Assembly (NCBI RefSeq): GCF_009914755.1
Contig: NC_060925.1
Strand: one strand, 5' to 3'
DNA from: the human T2T-CHM13v2.0 reference genome, Homo sapiens
Length of the DNA: 64,000 nt
The notes under the pieces are model-generated. The model was not told the origin of the DNA. It did not search any database and saw only the letters and a program-made list of their open reading frames with translations. This document shows positions 27,156 to 43,843 of the stretch, one piece after another (position 1 is the first letter of the stretch; each line of letters opens with the position of its first letter). A program made the position numbers and the translations under genes.

Positions 27156-30100
27156 TTACTTTGGCCTTAGTGTGAGAGAAATTTAGGTAGACCTACAGGC
27201 TAGGAACAGATTTGAAGAAATGATGGGTCTTAACTGGAGAAGTAGCAATGAGGTGGGAGAGAAGGAGATCCATTGGAGAGTTATCTCATAGGTGGATTTT
27301 TCAGGGTTTGGTGACTTATTGAATGTGGGCTGTGAAGGAGAGTGGCCTATATACTATGGCCTTTACACTTCCAGTTCAGTTTCCCAGTAGATGGCAATGC
27401 CATTCTCTAAGAAAGGAAGTATAAGAGGTGGAGATAACTTAGGGGCAAAATTGAGAGCAAGGGGTATAAGATTATTTGTTGGCTTGGGATATGGTCAGTT
27501 TAAATGTTTACGGTTCATGCATATGGAGATTTCCAGGGGCTATTTGAAAACACAGAGCTGACTTTGAGAGGAGAAGTATAATCTGAAGGAAAGCAAACAA
27601 ATATAGAAGTCATATTTTCAACTCCTTCATTTCACCCCAAGAAAGCTAATACTTAGAGACTAAAACTTCTAAGGGACTTACCATATGGCTAGTTTTTGAA
27701 AAGCCGTAACCAGAAACCAAATCTCTTGGGTTTAGGTCAATCCACCCATATCCTGATTGAGTTTCATTATGCTCTATTTACCTTCATGGTTCCCCAATCT
27801 AACAATGCCTGGCATACAGCAAGTGCTAAAAATGTTTGTGGAATGAATATACTGATTGTGGCCTTTTTTGGTGGGGGTAGAACTGGCCCCACACCTTCAC
27901 ATCATCACTGGAATTATGCCTCAGAAGCATCTTGGAAGTCAGCAGACCTAGGGAAGTCCTACTTAGCCATGAAATTTGCATTTCCCCAGGTACCTCCCAA
28001 CCCCTCTCCACTTCCTCTGAGAGCAAAACCTCCGTTGTTCATGTCACACCCATGGGCAGCCTTTGTGCTCAGTACACAGACCTGATTGAGAAGATTGATA
28101 AAAGCAAAATAGAAAGAAGCCGTGATCTGGGTCATATGAGTTATACAACCATTTCCCTCTTATTTTACACTTGGGGAAACTTAAGCTAAGAGATCTTGTC
28201 TTAATTCATTAAAATTAGAGTTGCCAGCCCAGAAGAGAGGAAGGAGAAGTTTGGGACAGAGGAAGGCAACTAATACTTATTGAGCACTTACTGTATGGCA
28301 GACTTTATGTGGAATGATTTATTGAGGTTATCTCATTTAATCCTGATTTTAAAAATCATCCACATACGGAAACCGAGGTTTAGAAAGTTTACTTTTCCTG
28401 AGGTTCAGAAGCTGGTAAATGACGGTTCTGGAACTCAAACTCAAGGCTGTCTGGCTCCAAAGGTCATGCTCCTTCCCCTATACCACACAACCTCCCAGAA
28501 GCTTGAAATGTGGTTCTGGGTACTAGGTATAAGCTTGAAGACCAACCAAACATGCTCATTCCAGTGCTCTCTCTAGGAGCCAACAAGCCCTCCAACATTG
28601 CCCCCCTAGAAGGTCCTGCAAAATTGAGTTGTCTAGGGTTTGACAGAGTCCAGAAGACATTTTCGAACATAAGAAGGGCAATGGGTCAAGCCCCAGGGAG
28701 TACCCAGTAGTATCAACAAAGAAAGGAGAATGTGTATTTGACTTCCAGCCTCAGCCCTGCTGGTAACTTGCCAGACGGCCTTGGCCTGGCCACTTCCTTC
28801 CTGTCCTCCACCAAGATTACAGAAAATTAGGAAATGCAAATTTTATGGGCTTCCCTGCTGACGATTTCTAAGTCTTCTTTGTAGTAATCATTCCTATCAC
28901 AAAGAGGGTGGGAAACGGTGATTATGGACCAGGGAGAGAGTCCTATTCCTAAGAAGTGGTTCTTGGACTTTGGAGAGGCAACAATTGGTTTGAGTCTTAA
29001 CAAATGAGTGGGAGTTTGTTAGGTCAACGAGGAGTGGGAGGGGATTCCAGGAAGTGTAAAAGCTTGAGCAAAGGCATTGAGTAAATTCGGGGAACTGCTA
29101 GCAGTTCAGGAAGGTTGCAGCATTCAGTGCAAAGGAGGGGCCAAACTAGAAATTGGACAGGAGAAAATCACAGAAACCAAGCCACATAAGGATCAGTAGA
29201 ACCCTGTAGGCTCTCCAACGAGCCTATCCTTGAAGGATTTAAGCATGAAAATGTTGTCATTATTAAACCTAGGCTTTAAAGAGGTCCTTCTGCTCTGTGT
29301 TGCTGTCCTCTGCCAGAGATAGCAAGACTGACAGAGGCTGTGCTCCTGTAGCCTGGGAGCCAGAATGGAGAGACACATTGGGCAGAGCCCGGCAGAGTCA
29401 CAGGAACTTGTAGTCCCCATCTGTTTATTATTCATGGAAGCTTTCTCCTTTTCTTGATTGGATCAACAGAAAAATAAACTGTCGTCTTTGGCAGATGATT
29501 CAATGGGAATTCAAGGGTTTCAATGGGAATTCAAGGTTGAAAATGATAATGTACTCTGAGAACTCACAGGTCTATAAAAGGAGAGGCCTATACAAGGAAA
29601 GAAGAGGATGTGGTAAATGCAGAACAGACCCTCAGCATCTTGAAGGACCATCAAGGGGAAATAAGTATTGCAGACCTTTCATTAATCTGTGTAGTTAACT
29701 TTTTATTTGAAAATAATGTCAAAAGAGCTGCAAGAAAAAATTATTATTAATAATAGTACAAAGAACACGCTTATAAATATCCTGCAGGGAGGGGTCTACA
29801 AGTTGGCTGTGACTGTGAATACCTCTCTGTAATGTTTTGCCCATTTTGCTTTAATATTAGCTAGTTCTCTCTCTCTCTCTCTTTCTGTCTCTATTTGAAC
29901 TATTATAGGGTAGGTTGCATATGGCATGGCTCTTTATCTTAAATACATCAGTGTAAAGAATTAGGATAATTTCTGACACAACTACAATATAGTTATCACT
30001 TAAGTAAATTTTACATTGATAACAATATTCTTGTCTAACCTACTGTTTGCATTTCAATTTTGTCGGTTGACCCTTTGTAACCATATTTTTCCCTCCAGGT

Positions 30101-30213
30101 CAGGATCCAGTCCAGTATTAGGTATTGCATTTAGTTGTTGTATCTCTTTAGTACCCTTCAACTGTAACATTTCCACAGCTATATCTTCTCCTTTATGACA
30201 TGGATATATTTGA

Positions 30214-30515
<302 letters not shown>

Positions 30516-30979
30516 CTCTCTTTTTTAATAGCAAATTCCTCACTTGGGGTTTTTTGGTATTTCCTTATGATTAGATTCACATTATGCATTCCCAGACTAG
30601 GTACTACACAAGTGACATTGTACCCTCAAGGTATCACATCTAGAGACCCTTGATGTCTTCTCATCGATAATGTTAATTTTAATCACCTGGCCAATATATT
30701 GCCAACAGATTGCCAGATTTCTCTATTGTATAGTTATCTTTTTTGATTTTAACTAATAACTATGTGTTGGCATACAGTGGAAGGCCATGCAGACATCTTA
30801 CTCCTCATCAAAATTTCCTCTGAGATTTAGCATCCATTGATAATTTTTGCCTGAGCCTGTCTTAATTGTGATAGTTACAAAATAATAACTTTCTTCACTT
30901 TAGCACCTCACTCCATATTTGGCATTCTATTGCAAGCAAGAACCCTCCCTTTATCTATCTGATCTATCGCATCTGTCTT

Positions 30980-31365
30980 CTCTAGTCAGTTTTGGTAGTC
31001 TGTGTGATTCTTGAAATTTTTCCATTTCGTCTAATTTATTTCCATACAATTGTTCATACTATCCCCCTTGTAATCATTTTTATTCCTTTAAAGTCAATAG
31101 TAATATCCCCTTTTAATTCTTGATTTTGGTCCTTTGAGTCTTCTCCGTTTTTCATTTTATCAGTCTACCTAAACATTTGTCAGTTTTGCTGATCTTTTCA
31201 AATAACCAAACTTTAAATTTGTTTTTCTCTTATTTTTGTATTCTCTCCTTCATTTCTTTCCATTTTTATCTTTATTATTTTCTCCCTCTTGCTTGCTTTG
31301 AGCTTAGTTTATTCTTCTTTTTATAGTTTCTTAATGAACTTAGTTCTTCTTTTTATAGTTTATTT

Positions 31366-31405
<40 letters not shown>

Positions 31406-33050
31406 TCAAGACAGGGTCTCACTGTGTCACTCAGGCTGGAGTACAGTGGCACAATCACAGCTCACTGCAGCCTTGATCTCCTAGGTTCAAGCAATCCTCC
31501 TACCTCAGCCACCAAAGTAGCTGGGACTACAGGCATGAGCCACCACACCTGGCTAATTTTTTAAATTTTTTGGTAGAAACAAGGTCTCACTACGTTGCTG
31601 GTCTTGAACTCTTGAGGTCAAGTGATCCTCCTGCCTCAGCTTCTCAAAGTGTTAGGGTTACAAGAATGACCCACTAATCCCAGCCTATAGTTTCTTAAGG
31701 TAGGAGGTTAGATTATTGATTTGAGATCTTTCTGTTTTAATTTAGGCATTTACAGCTATAAAAGTTTCTCTAAGCATTGATTTCCTGCATCTCATAAGTT
31801 TTTGATATGTAATATTTTTAGTTTTATTCATCTCAAAGTATTTTGTAATTTCCCCTATGATTTATTCTTTGACCCATTGTTTTAGAAGTATGTAGCTTGA
31901 TTTAGAAGTATGTAGCTTGATGAATTTTCCAAATATCCTTCTGTGATTGATCTATAATTTCACTCCATTGTGGTTAAAAACATACTTTTGACATTTCTGT
32001 AATTTTAGTCATTTCATATTTGTTGAGACTTGTTTTATAGCCCAACATATAGTCTATCTTGGAGAATGTTCCATGTGCATTTGAGAACAACAAACACATA
32101 TTCTGCTGTTGTTGGGTAAAGTGTCCTATAGACTTTGGTTAAGTTTAGTTGGTTTATAATGTTGTTTAAGTCTTCTATTTCCTTGTTGATTTTATGTATA
32201 GTTGTTCAATCCATTATTGAAAATGGGATATTGAATTCTCCAGTTATTATTGTTGAATTGTCTATTTATCCCTTCAATTCAGTAAGTTTTTGCTTCATGT
32301 ATTTTGGGGCTCTGTGCATATATATTAATAATTGTTATATCTTCTTGATGCATTAACTCTTATTATTATAAAATGTCCTTCTTTGTCTTTACAACAATTT
32401 TTGTCTTAAATCATATTTTGACTGATCTCAGTTTCTAAACCCAGCTCTCTTTTGGTTATTGCTTCCATAACATAATATACCTTTTTCCACCTTTTACTTT
32501 CAACCTATAGGTGTATTTGAATCTAAACTGTGTCCTTTGTACACAACATATAGTGGACCCATTTTTTTTAGTCCACTCTAATAACCTCTGCCTTTTATTT
32601 GTAATGTTTAATCCATTTATATTTAATGTAATTTCTGATATGGTAGGATTTATGTTTGCCATTTTCCTATTAGTTTTCTATAGGTTTTTTGTGTGTGTGT
32701 GTTCTTCTCTTTCTTTATTAGTGCCCTCTTTTGTATTAAATATATTTTTTCTACTGTACACTTAAGTTCCCTTGTCATTTTTTTTTTTTTACTGTATTTA
32801 TTTTCTTCATAGTTGGTTTGGAGGTTACAATGATCTTAATTGCAATAATATAATACTTTGTTCTCACACAGCTTTTTCTCCTGCCCACATTTTTTGCTGT
32901 TATTGTCATACAAATTACATCTTTATACATGTGTGTCATTAACACAGATTTATAATTATTGTTCTATAAAATTGTCTTTTAAATCAGATAAGAGAAAAAA
33001 ATTACAAACAAAAACTACACTTATATTGTCTTTTATATACATTTTATGTA
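30980..33050 (-). mobile_element. Ancient L1M fragment including ORF2 endonuclease N-terminus
   Basis: Minus ORF 32456-32662 ITLNINGLN...KRQRLLEW...TICCVQ resembles L1 EN. Confidence 0.8.
31365..31686 (-). mobile_element. AluJ with (TTTC)n tail, inserted in the L1M
   Basis: Reverse Alu; flanked by tatagtt. Confidence 0.9.
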
Positions 33051-33059
33051 TCATATGCC

Positions 33060-34803
<1,744 letters not shown>

Positions 34804-37800
34804 AAGCAGCTATGTTGTGTACGGTATATCTGGCCTGAGGACCTGGCCAGTGCTACCAGTAACTATCTTTGACTTTACCTGGAAATTTGCAAAAGAATAG
34901 AGCTGACTATTCTCCAGTCTTACCCCTCCAAAGCCCTTGACTGGGGAGGGATCACTGACCTTTTTCAGTGTCTCTTGCCTTACTAGTTTTTCCTTAGGAA
35001 AAAATACACCCCACTTTACCATGAATATATATATAAGGTTCTTTACTGAATTGTTCAGTAGATCTCATGAGAACAGGGAACTTGAGGAAGAACAAAGGTT
35101 ATAAAAATTTGCATAATGAAGCATAGTATCACAAGCCTGGAAAACAATTGGGGCTGATTCAGCTTGAAGAATTCTAAAGTTTTGCACATTAAATCTTGCT
35201 ATCTAGATGTTAATATTTAGCTTTTCTCTTGATTCTTCAAGTTACTACAAAACCTTTCCCATAAAATTCTTCCCCACCTGTATTTATCTGGGTATCTTGC
35301 ATACAACCAGCTGATATAGGAGGCACGGTTTCTGTCCTTTTCATCCTTTCTCATCTTTTACAAATGCAAATGCCTCATCTTTGGCCAGATGCTAAGTGAA
35401 ATTCTCCTTTGCTCACTCAAAGCTGATTTTAAACTGGGGAAAGGTAAACACAGGTGTAAAGGATTAGGCAGAAGATGGGTCCACTGCATTCTAGCTGAAT
35501 CTCCCTACCGGTGAGATTTTCTCACTAGGTGTCTAAATAAATAAGCAGGCCTCAGTTACATTAGGAAAAGAGATTTCTCTCATTAATATGACTCTGATTT
35601 TGTGAAATCATAACCCCAGAATTATTATGACAAATAATATTTCATACTTTGAGAACTGGTTTACTTTTCCAGAGCCACTAGTCAAGATAGCTATTTGCCG
35701 TCTAGAAATTAGGCAACAGCTTTATTTAGATACCTTTTTATGCAAATCTTTCCAGCAGCCAGATTGTTTTGTTCTTCTCGGCTATCCTTGCATTCTCCTA
35801 CTTCCTCCTCCTTGAAGGCTTTTCCACACATACCCCTCTGACCTATCTAACACCTCTCCTTTTTCAGTCTCGATTCCAAAAGGAATCTGACCCTCAAAAG
35901 AAGATTCAATCTTCCTGACTTATCTCAGTCTGAAATAGTTCTTCCATCTAGCAATTGTCATATTTGACACATGCAGCCATTGACATCATTGGGATTAAAT
36001 TACTAATTTCCCTTATGACTATCTTCCAGACCAGAACGAAACATGTAGGAAGACAAGAACTATCCCTGCCATTCTCAGTGTTAAATTTGGAAAGGTGTTT
36101 GACTCATAGCAGCTGCTCAATGAATACATCTAACTGTTTTTTGAACAGTCTGAACTTGGTATGTTGGGAGCTAACATCAAAGAACTATTTTCCCCCATTC
36201 ACATGAGGACTGTGTCAAATCTGCCTCCTATCACTTAAGGAGGTTTTGGGAAAATCATTCACTTTCGTTTCTATCACTTCCAGTAACTTAACAGTACGGC
36301 TCAGATGTAAAACTCCCCTTTTACTTGTTCCTGTCACTTCAGCCCAAGCTTGTCTCATGATCTAAAAATCTGTAATAGGGAAGAGGGTGTGGTCTGATCT
36401 TTCCCCTTCTATTTTACCTCATCTAGTTCCAGATTCTCAAATCATATAGGGCCAGGAGGAGAGGACCAAATTATGTCTTAGTTACCTGGCTGCTGGTGGT
36501 TGTCTCTGTTTTTTGTAGAGCACAGGTGTAACGGCTTTCAGGGTGGGGGTGGGGAACTCTCCACTGAGTAGTGTGCTGATGTGGGAGATCTCTGGCTTGG
36601 CCTCTTCCGGCCCTCCTCCCACTCAGCTCCCACCAATGATGTATCAATAAAACCTCTTGCTGCTGGAGATCTGCTTACCTGGTGGCCAGGGTGGCAAGAC
36701 AAGTGAAGCCTGACTATGCCTGCAGCATCCACTGTGGAAACTACTACATCTTTGCCATGCCAAACAGTGAGTATGCAGGCTGCTCCCGATCTTGCTGCAA
36801 TGTCATGTTTCTACCATGAAGAAAATCAACAGATCCACTACCCAACCGAGAATTCAGACTTTAGTCTCCCTTTCTTTTGCATACCTTGAACCTCTCATGT
36901 GGCACTCTTGGAGGTCTCTTTCATGTGGCACTATGGGTGGAGAACCTTACCCATAGGAAGGGAAGGGGAAAGCTGCAGGACTCCCCAAACTCCAACACTT
37001 TTGATCCTGATGATCCTCTTTCTCTCTTCTCTCCCTAGTCCTCTGTTTATATAGAGTGGGGGTGAATAACACTGGGGTAGTAGAACCAGTTCAGTCACCC
37101 CTTCCTAAGCCCTAGAGGTGGTGCTGCCCCAATTTATTTGCAGCTTTCTAGAATGTGAAGTCTTTTTGTCCTAGCTCTAAATATGAGGCATTAGGAAAAG
37201 TGCCTTTGGAAATCCTATTGCAAATATCTGTTGAGGGAACCAACCAATGTGTTTGCTGCGTTGTCGGCTCCTTAGGAGTCTCTGACCAAGTTAGTCACAG
37301 GGATAGGAGACACTTGTTGAGGGGACTGTGTTTCCTATGTCAGTAAAGGAGGAAGGAAACAAACCAAGGCACTGCCTGTCAGGGGATGTGCAGACCCTCA
37401 TGGGCAGCTGGAACATCAGAGGCAGAATTGGCATGGTGAGGTCTGGGTGAAAAGTGGGAGTTATGAAAAAAAATAATCAGCAGGATGGGATGAGACAGAG
37501 GAACAGAAAAATGAGAGATGGAAAGATGATGGGAATAGAACATGATGGTGACAAAAATTTGTAGGAGGAGAAGATGGTGGAGGAGAGAGGAGGAAAGACA
37601 GGCAGGCTGGAGTTGGGGGAGGGGACCAGGCAAAAGGAGTGGGCTCTCACTCACCCAACTGGGGCAAAGGGCTGGGCAGAGCAGCTGGCGAAAGAGAATA
37701 GAGCCTGTGGTTAGCATTTGCCAGCTGGTGCAGGTGGCTCTGAGCTAAATCCATCCTCTGCCCCACCATGCAGTCTTCTAAGGAGGTTAGAGATGGGGGA

Positions 37801-38114
37801 GGAGGAGTAGAAAGAATTGTGGGGAAGAGAGAGCACACTCTCCAGGTGCAGGAGCTGCCACTTTAACAAACGCACTTGAAGATAGCCCAAGAACACTGTG
37901 GAGGAGCTTGATCTTTTTATTCCTGGACAAGAAGGGACAATGAGAGATGGAACCTTTCTAAGGCTGCTTTGATCATACCAACAGTTGTGTAAAATTATCC
38001 TGGCCAAATCCTTTAAATGGCCAAAAACCATTTAAAGTCTAAATCCTCAATGAAGACTTTTGGAAACACTTCCACTCTAAACAACCCACAGCCCTGTTCC
38101 TTAAAGAAAGCCAT

Positions 38115-38470
<356 letters not shown>

Positions 38471-38863
38471 TTACTAAGTGGCTTCCAGCATGGGACCCCT
38501 AGCATAGGTAAGCACTTGGTAAATATAGGTGGTAAATGAATGAACTCACTGATCTGAGGGGCCAGGTATATTTATATGTACCCCTACCTGGTCCCAACAC
38601 AAGGGCCCAATCCAAGCTGCTTATTTGTGCAAAGCCAGATATGAGGGTTACTTTCTCTTAGTCCACAGGAGCTCCTGGCCTTGCCAACCTTCCATGTGTA
38701 ACCTCATGCTGGCTGTTGAGACAAGCTGGTTCCCACCCCAGACCTACTGATTCAAAGTCTGCATTTTCACAAGATCCCCAGGTGATTTGCTGGCAAGTTA
38801 GAGTTTGAGAAGCACTGACCTAATCCAAGGCTTTAAGTTTTACTTAAACTTGCTGCGCTGGAG

Positions 38864-38877
38864 CCAGCAGAGGGCAG
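38864..38877 (+). promoter_or_regulatory. Candidate CTCF core motif CCAGCAGAGGGCAG
   Basis: Matches CCASYAGRKGGCRS; binding not shown. Confidence 0.6.
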
Positions 38878-39043
38878 TGCAGGAGCTTGCCTGAGCCGCC
38901 TGAAGGCCAAGGGGAAGCAACTTATCCTGACACCTCAGTTCACAAGAGTATACTCATGACTGGAAATTGAGGCTAATTCTGGAGTATCCTCTTTGCACAA
39001 AGACAAATGGGCTTGTGTATACTGATAAGGGAACACACTAACC

Positions 39044-39226
39044 TTTATTTATTTTTTTTTTTTTTTGAGGATACAGGGTCTTGCTTTGTTTCCCAGGCAG
39101 GACTGGCAGTGGCTTTTCCCAGGTATGATCACAGCACACTGCAACCTCCACCTCCTGGCCTCAAGTGATCTTCCTACCTCAGCCCTGGGAGTAGCTGGGA
39201 CTACAGTGTATGCCATTGCGCCCAGC
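39044..39226 (-). mobile_element. Alu monomer (FAM/FRAM-like)
   Basis: Reverse monomer with T-tail. Confidence 0.75.
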
Positions 39227-40298
39227 TTCTACTAACTTTTGATGCATAGACAGATATGAGGGGCTGGGGAACATAAGAACCAGGCCTTGTGACTTCCAGA
39301 GAAGGCCGTTGTCTTGGTGTAAGATATTAGTTGTCCTTGAGGTAAATTTGGCTTCACGGGCTTGTGACCTGTACAGTGACACGGGGCCCCAGGTCAGAAG
39401 GGCCTTGAACCTGGGTTAGTGCTCTGCTGCTGCTGACACTATCTGGAAATTCTTGATAATTTTCTCTTTCAGCTTCTGCTTAAGCATGCAGGTGAGAAGG
39501 GAAGATACATGTAATCTGCATGTCTGCCACCATTCCTTGTTACCCTTTTTCATATCCCATGAGCACAGCACTCCAGCGGACCTACCCAAAATATGTGGGA
39601 GTTCAGTGAAACTCAAAGTAAGTGCAAAGTGGTCACGTTATGGGAGCCACTGGCTTTCACAGAGTGTTGGGAGAATGTGCATGCAACAAGAAGTAAAATA
39701 AAAAAGTTAAGTTGGGTTTTCGCAGCGTTTTCACACTTCCAATAAGAACAAAATATATATGCATGCATGAGCCACGAAATAGAAATTGAGTAATTGCAAT
39801 GATCCCAAATATGAATTAAATATTCTATTTTCATTTAAAACTAATGTTTTAAAATATAGAAAGTAAAATTCATGATAATTTAAATTTTTAATTTGCCTTT
39901 ACTTAGAACAGCATTAAATAGCAAGCAAATAAAAAAATACCATCTCAAGTAGAGAGACTGTGGAAGAAAAGAAAAGGCTTAATATTTCAGTACTTTTATT
40001 GGCACATTTTCCTTGCTTTTTGAGCAAGGGGAGCCAACATTTTCATTTTGCACTGAGCCCCACAAATTATGTATCTGGCACTGCCTTGAGGGATGGGAGG
40101 AGCAGGGAACCGTTGGTGTCTGTGACCTGAGCCGTCTAAGGTGAGATTTACCTCAGGTTTCCAGTAACTGGAAATAATACAAATACAATGTCCGCAGAGG
40201 CACGCTGGTTCCTCAGCAGCTGAGGAATGTGCTTATTTGTGACAGAAAGTGGCATTTGTTTCCTTCTTACTGCTTGTTTATCCCATTCGCGCTCGCGC

Positions 40299-40331
<33 letters not shown>

Positions 40332-40430
40332 CGTGAAATTCCCCCCAAAACCCTCTTCTTCCACTGAGAAAAGTGAGGGGAAGGAAAAGGGTGCTGCTTA
40401 CAGAAAGGGGATGGAAATGGTCCACCTGTA

Positions 40431-40835
40431 GGATGCAGGATACTCAGAGGTGAGTTTGGATGGAACTGCAGGCTGCTCAGAGATGAGTTCAGATGGGGAT
40501 GCAGGCTGCTCAGAGGTGAGTTTGGATGGGATGCAGGCTGCTCGGGGGTGAGTTTGGATGGGGATGCAGGCTGCTTAGGGGTGAGTTCAGATGGGGATGC
40601 AGGCTGCTCAGAGGTGAGTTCGGATGGGGATGCAGGCTGCTTAGGGGTGAGTTCAGATGGGGATGCAGGCTGCTCAGAGGTGAGTTCAGATGGGGATGCA
40701 GGCTGCTCAGAGGTGAGTTTGGATAGGGATGCAGGCTGCTCAGGGGTGAGTTCGGATGGGATGCAGACTGCTCAGAAGTGAGTTTGGATGGGGATGCAGG
40801 CTGCTCAGAGGTGATTTTGGATGGGACTACAGGCT
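40431..40835 (+). repeat. Minisatellite, ~33-bp unit (GGGATGCAGGCTGCTCAGAGGTGAGTTYRGATG) x ~12
   Basis: Seen directly; ORFs show 11-aa periodicity. Confidence 0.95.
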
Positions 40836-41859
40836 GGGCTCAGGGTGGGGGGTTTCTTCGGAAGCCCAGGCTGTCTTGTGGAAAAGACAAAACCCTACCT
40901 TTCTTATCATGCTTGTGCAATGTAGGGCAGGCAGCTGCCTTCCAAACAATGGCTCCGATGCAGTTCCTTGCATCATATAGCCAGACTTCCGAAGTCCTTC
41001 ACTCCTGCCACATCCATGCCGCCCACTTTCTATTGGACAGATTTCATCACATGGCTCCAGCTAAACACAAAAGTAGCTGGGAAAAAGAGTTTTTTCACTC
41101 ATCCAGGGGAAAATGAGAAGGTTTGGCAAACACATAGCACTGTATCTGTCACCGAGGAGATGGGGTGAGGAGGGAAGGGCCACGAGGGAGATGGGGGAGG
41201 CTGGTCTGGTTTGAAAGGCAAGCAGTCTGTGGTGGGCAGTTTTCTGAAGGGGAAGTGCATTCTGTAGTGACCCTTTCAGCTCCAGGCACATGAGGAGACT
41301 TAGAGGAGGGGACATTAAGCAAAAATCCCAGGTGTTATGTCAGTGGTGGGCCTGGGGGCGCCTACCTGCATATAGTGGACAACTCTGGTGAGAACACTGT
41401 GTCGATCTGATGGTTTTTTTGGATCCAGTGAAACGACTAGGAGTTGAAGACTTGCCCACACAGTCAATGGAAAAGAGGAGAGAGAATTCAGCTCCCTATG
41501 CGAGGCTTGTGGGGCAGGAAGGCTTCTTATGAGATAGAGCTGCATCCTTCCTTCTGCGAGAGCAAGCCTGAACCTATGTTTGCAGCAGACTTAAGGAGAG
41601 TGGTCCTCAGAGGGGTCAGAGCAAGGCAAGCCACTGGGAAGGAGGCAAAGGCTTGGCAGGGGAGCTGGAGCCCCAGGAAGCTTAGCATGGATGTTGGAAT
41701 AAGGGTCAGAGGTAGCACAAATTGGCTCCTCAGCTGTGTTGACACACAGGAGCCGGTGGCTCCAGGCTCTCCCCTCTGTGTCTCCAGATTCCAGTTTCTC
41801 CCAGCTGATGGAGCAGGCACTGTCTGACAGATTTGGGACAACTTCAGGAATTCAGTTAA

Positions 41860-42156
41860 TTGATAATTATATCAAATGTTTATTTTAAAAAATAATAAAA
41901 CATTCACATAATGTTGTCACAATTTTGGGTGGGAAAAAAGCATGTGTATCTCTATATCTCTGTGTACTAGAAAACAACAAAGGGATATAAAATTAAATAA
42001 TAACCAGTATTTAAAAGTTAACTTGAAAATCCTCGTTGATAATTCAGCAGCATGCTTCTGGTCAGCCTATACAGTCTCTGTCCTGGTGAGGAGCATGATC
42101 ACCAACAGGCAAGATCTTCTGGCCTTGAAGTTTCGCTTGAGTTAAAAGAGCTCATC
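41860..42156 (-). other. CD48: CD48 3' UTR with poly(A) signal AATAAA (41884-41879)
   Basis: Follows the stop codon; cleavage site approximate. Confidence 0.8.
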
Positions 42157-42236
42157 TCAGGTAAGTAACAGGCCAAGAATGGTGGGCACCGTGACCACTA
42201 GCCAACTTGCAATCCATTCTACTCCAAAGGACCGGG
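42157..42236 (-). CDS. CD48: CD48 exon 4 coding part (GPI-anchor signal)
   Basis: Acceptor ttgctcttttcag|; reads (A)RSFGVEWIASWLVVTVPTILGLLLT-TGA. Confidence 0.97.
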
Positions 42237-43843
42237 CTGAAAGAGCAAGAAAACCCTATATGCTTAGGTATCTTTATCTTGACTAATGTATTGAGAAGGG
42301 GCAAGTGTACTGGACACTGGTGTGGGAGCTCACAGAGCAGGGAAATTAATTTCTTCCCTGAATCCCATCCTATTTGGCTGGGACATTCTTTTCCTCAATC
42401 TCCCCAAACATAAAGTATAAAAAATGCAGAAATTCCTTAAATATCACTGGCTTACCTGGGCCCTGTGCTCAAAGGTTACCTCGACATATCTGTGGCCTGG
42501 GAAAGCATTGCTCCCCTACTCTGGACATCAACGAGGTAGGGTAGATCTTCAGGTACAGACAGATGACCACATGATACAATGCACAGCTGACTTTAGAGAG
42601 AAAAGGACCACTTCCTTTCCTTGTTTCTCTACCCCACTAAGTATCTGCACCAACTAGGAAGAAGAAGGGAAGAGAAAGGAAGACAGAAAAGGAAAGGAAA
42701 AGAAAAAGGATGGAAGGAAAGCTTAGATGCTGGGGTGGGGAAGGGCTGAGCTGGAGAAAATAAAAAAAAGGAATGAGTGATACAGTAGGGAAAGGAGTTT
42801 GAGGGGGCTTTCTAGGATAATTTCGGTGACTAAAAAGTGACAGATGGGTTTACCCTTCCAAAAAAAATGGATTTATTATTGCTTTTATCCTCTCTTCGGA
42901 TGAACAGTCACACCCATTTTATAGAGGACAGGGAATGTGCGTCTTCCTTTTTCTGGATCTCAGGATGTGATATTGATATGAGGGTGGTGTTGGAACCACC
43001 AGCCAAATTGTGTTCTCATGGTCAGATACCACACTGTCACAGTGGGTCTGTGGTGGCAGAAGAGCAAGGCATATCAGGAGAGGCTGGTAGAGACAGGGCC
43101 AATTAGTTAGGAAGAATAAGGAAGAGCATACACAGTCTCCGTAGTCCACATGTGGGAGTAGAGATAAAGAAATCAGTGCAGTTAAGGAGGGTAGACAGAG
43201 CCCAGGAAGACCACAAAACAGCAACGTTCTCAGAGGCCAGAATCCCTGATGACTGGGCATGACAGGGGTCACAGGTGAATGTGAGCACCTCAGGTCTGAG
43301 TTATTCTAGAAGAATGTGTACGCTAGGGCTCAGGGATCTGACTTCAGGATTGTGGAGGGTATCTGACTCTGGTATTTCCCAGAGTGCTGGAGATATTGAT
43401 CCAAGTTTATTAAGGGTCCCCAAAACTCTAAGAGACTGCGTCTCATTTAGCTCCCGCTTACTAAGGACTTGTCAGCCACTGTGATAGGCAGTTACGTGTC
43501 TTGTCTCATTGAATCCTTAGCACGAGATAGGAACTGTTATTTTGTCCTTTATTTAGGAAGAACATGACTTGGGGAAGCTAAGTAACTTGTTTAGCTAGTA
43601 AGTGACAGTCCTAGAAGTGACCCCAGGTATGACTGACTCTAAAACCCATGGCCTTAGCTGTCCCATGCTAGCACCAGTGTAGGCCTGATCTAGAGCCAGG
43701 TGTGACACTCATGAGTGGATCCTCCCAGGAGACAGGGGAATCTGGCTTCCTAAGTTCATCTAGGAACATCAGGCTGGGGAGGAGAAGCTTCGCCTGAGGC
43801 TCAGGCTCTCACGCCTCCTCGACGGCCTCTCTCAGGCCCGTCT

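Noticed and set aside
29499-29536. 20-bp tandem duplication (another at 31881-31921)
   Set aside because: Ordinary slippage duplications with no functional context
40526-40980. Repetitive ORFs (GCRLLRGEFRW)n and a CRISPR-like look
   Set aside because: By-product of the 33-bp minisatellite; no unique spacers; eukaryotic DNA
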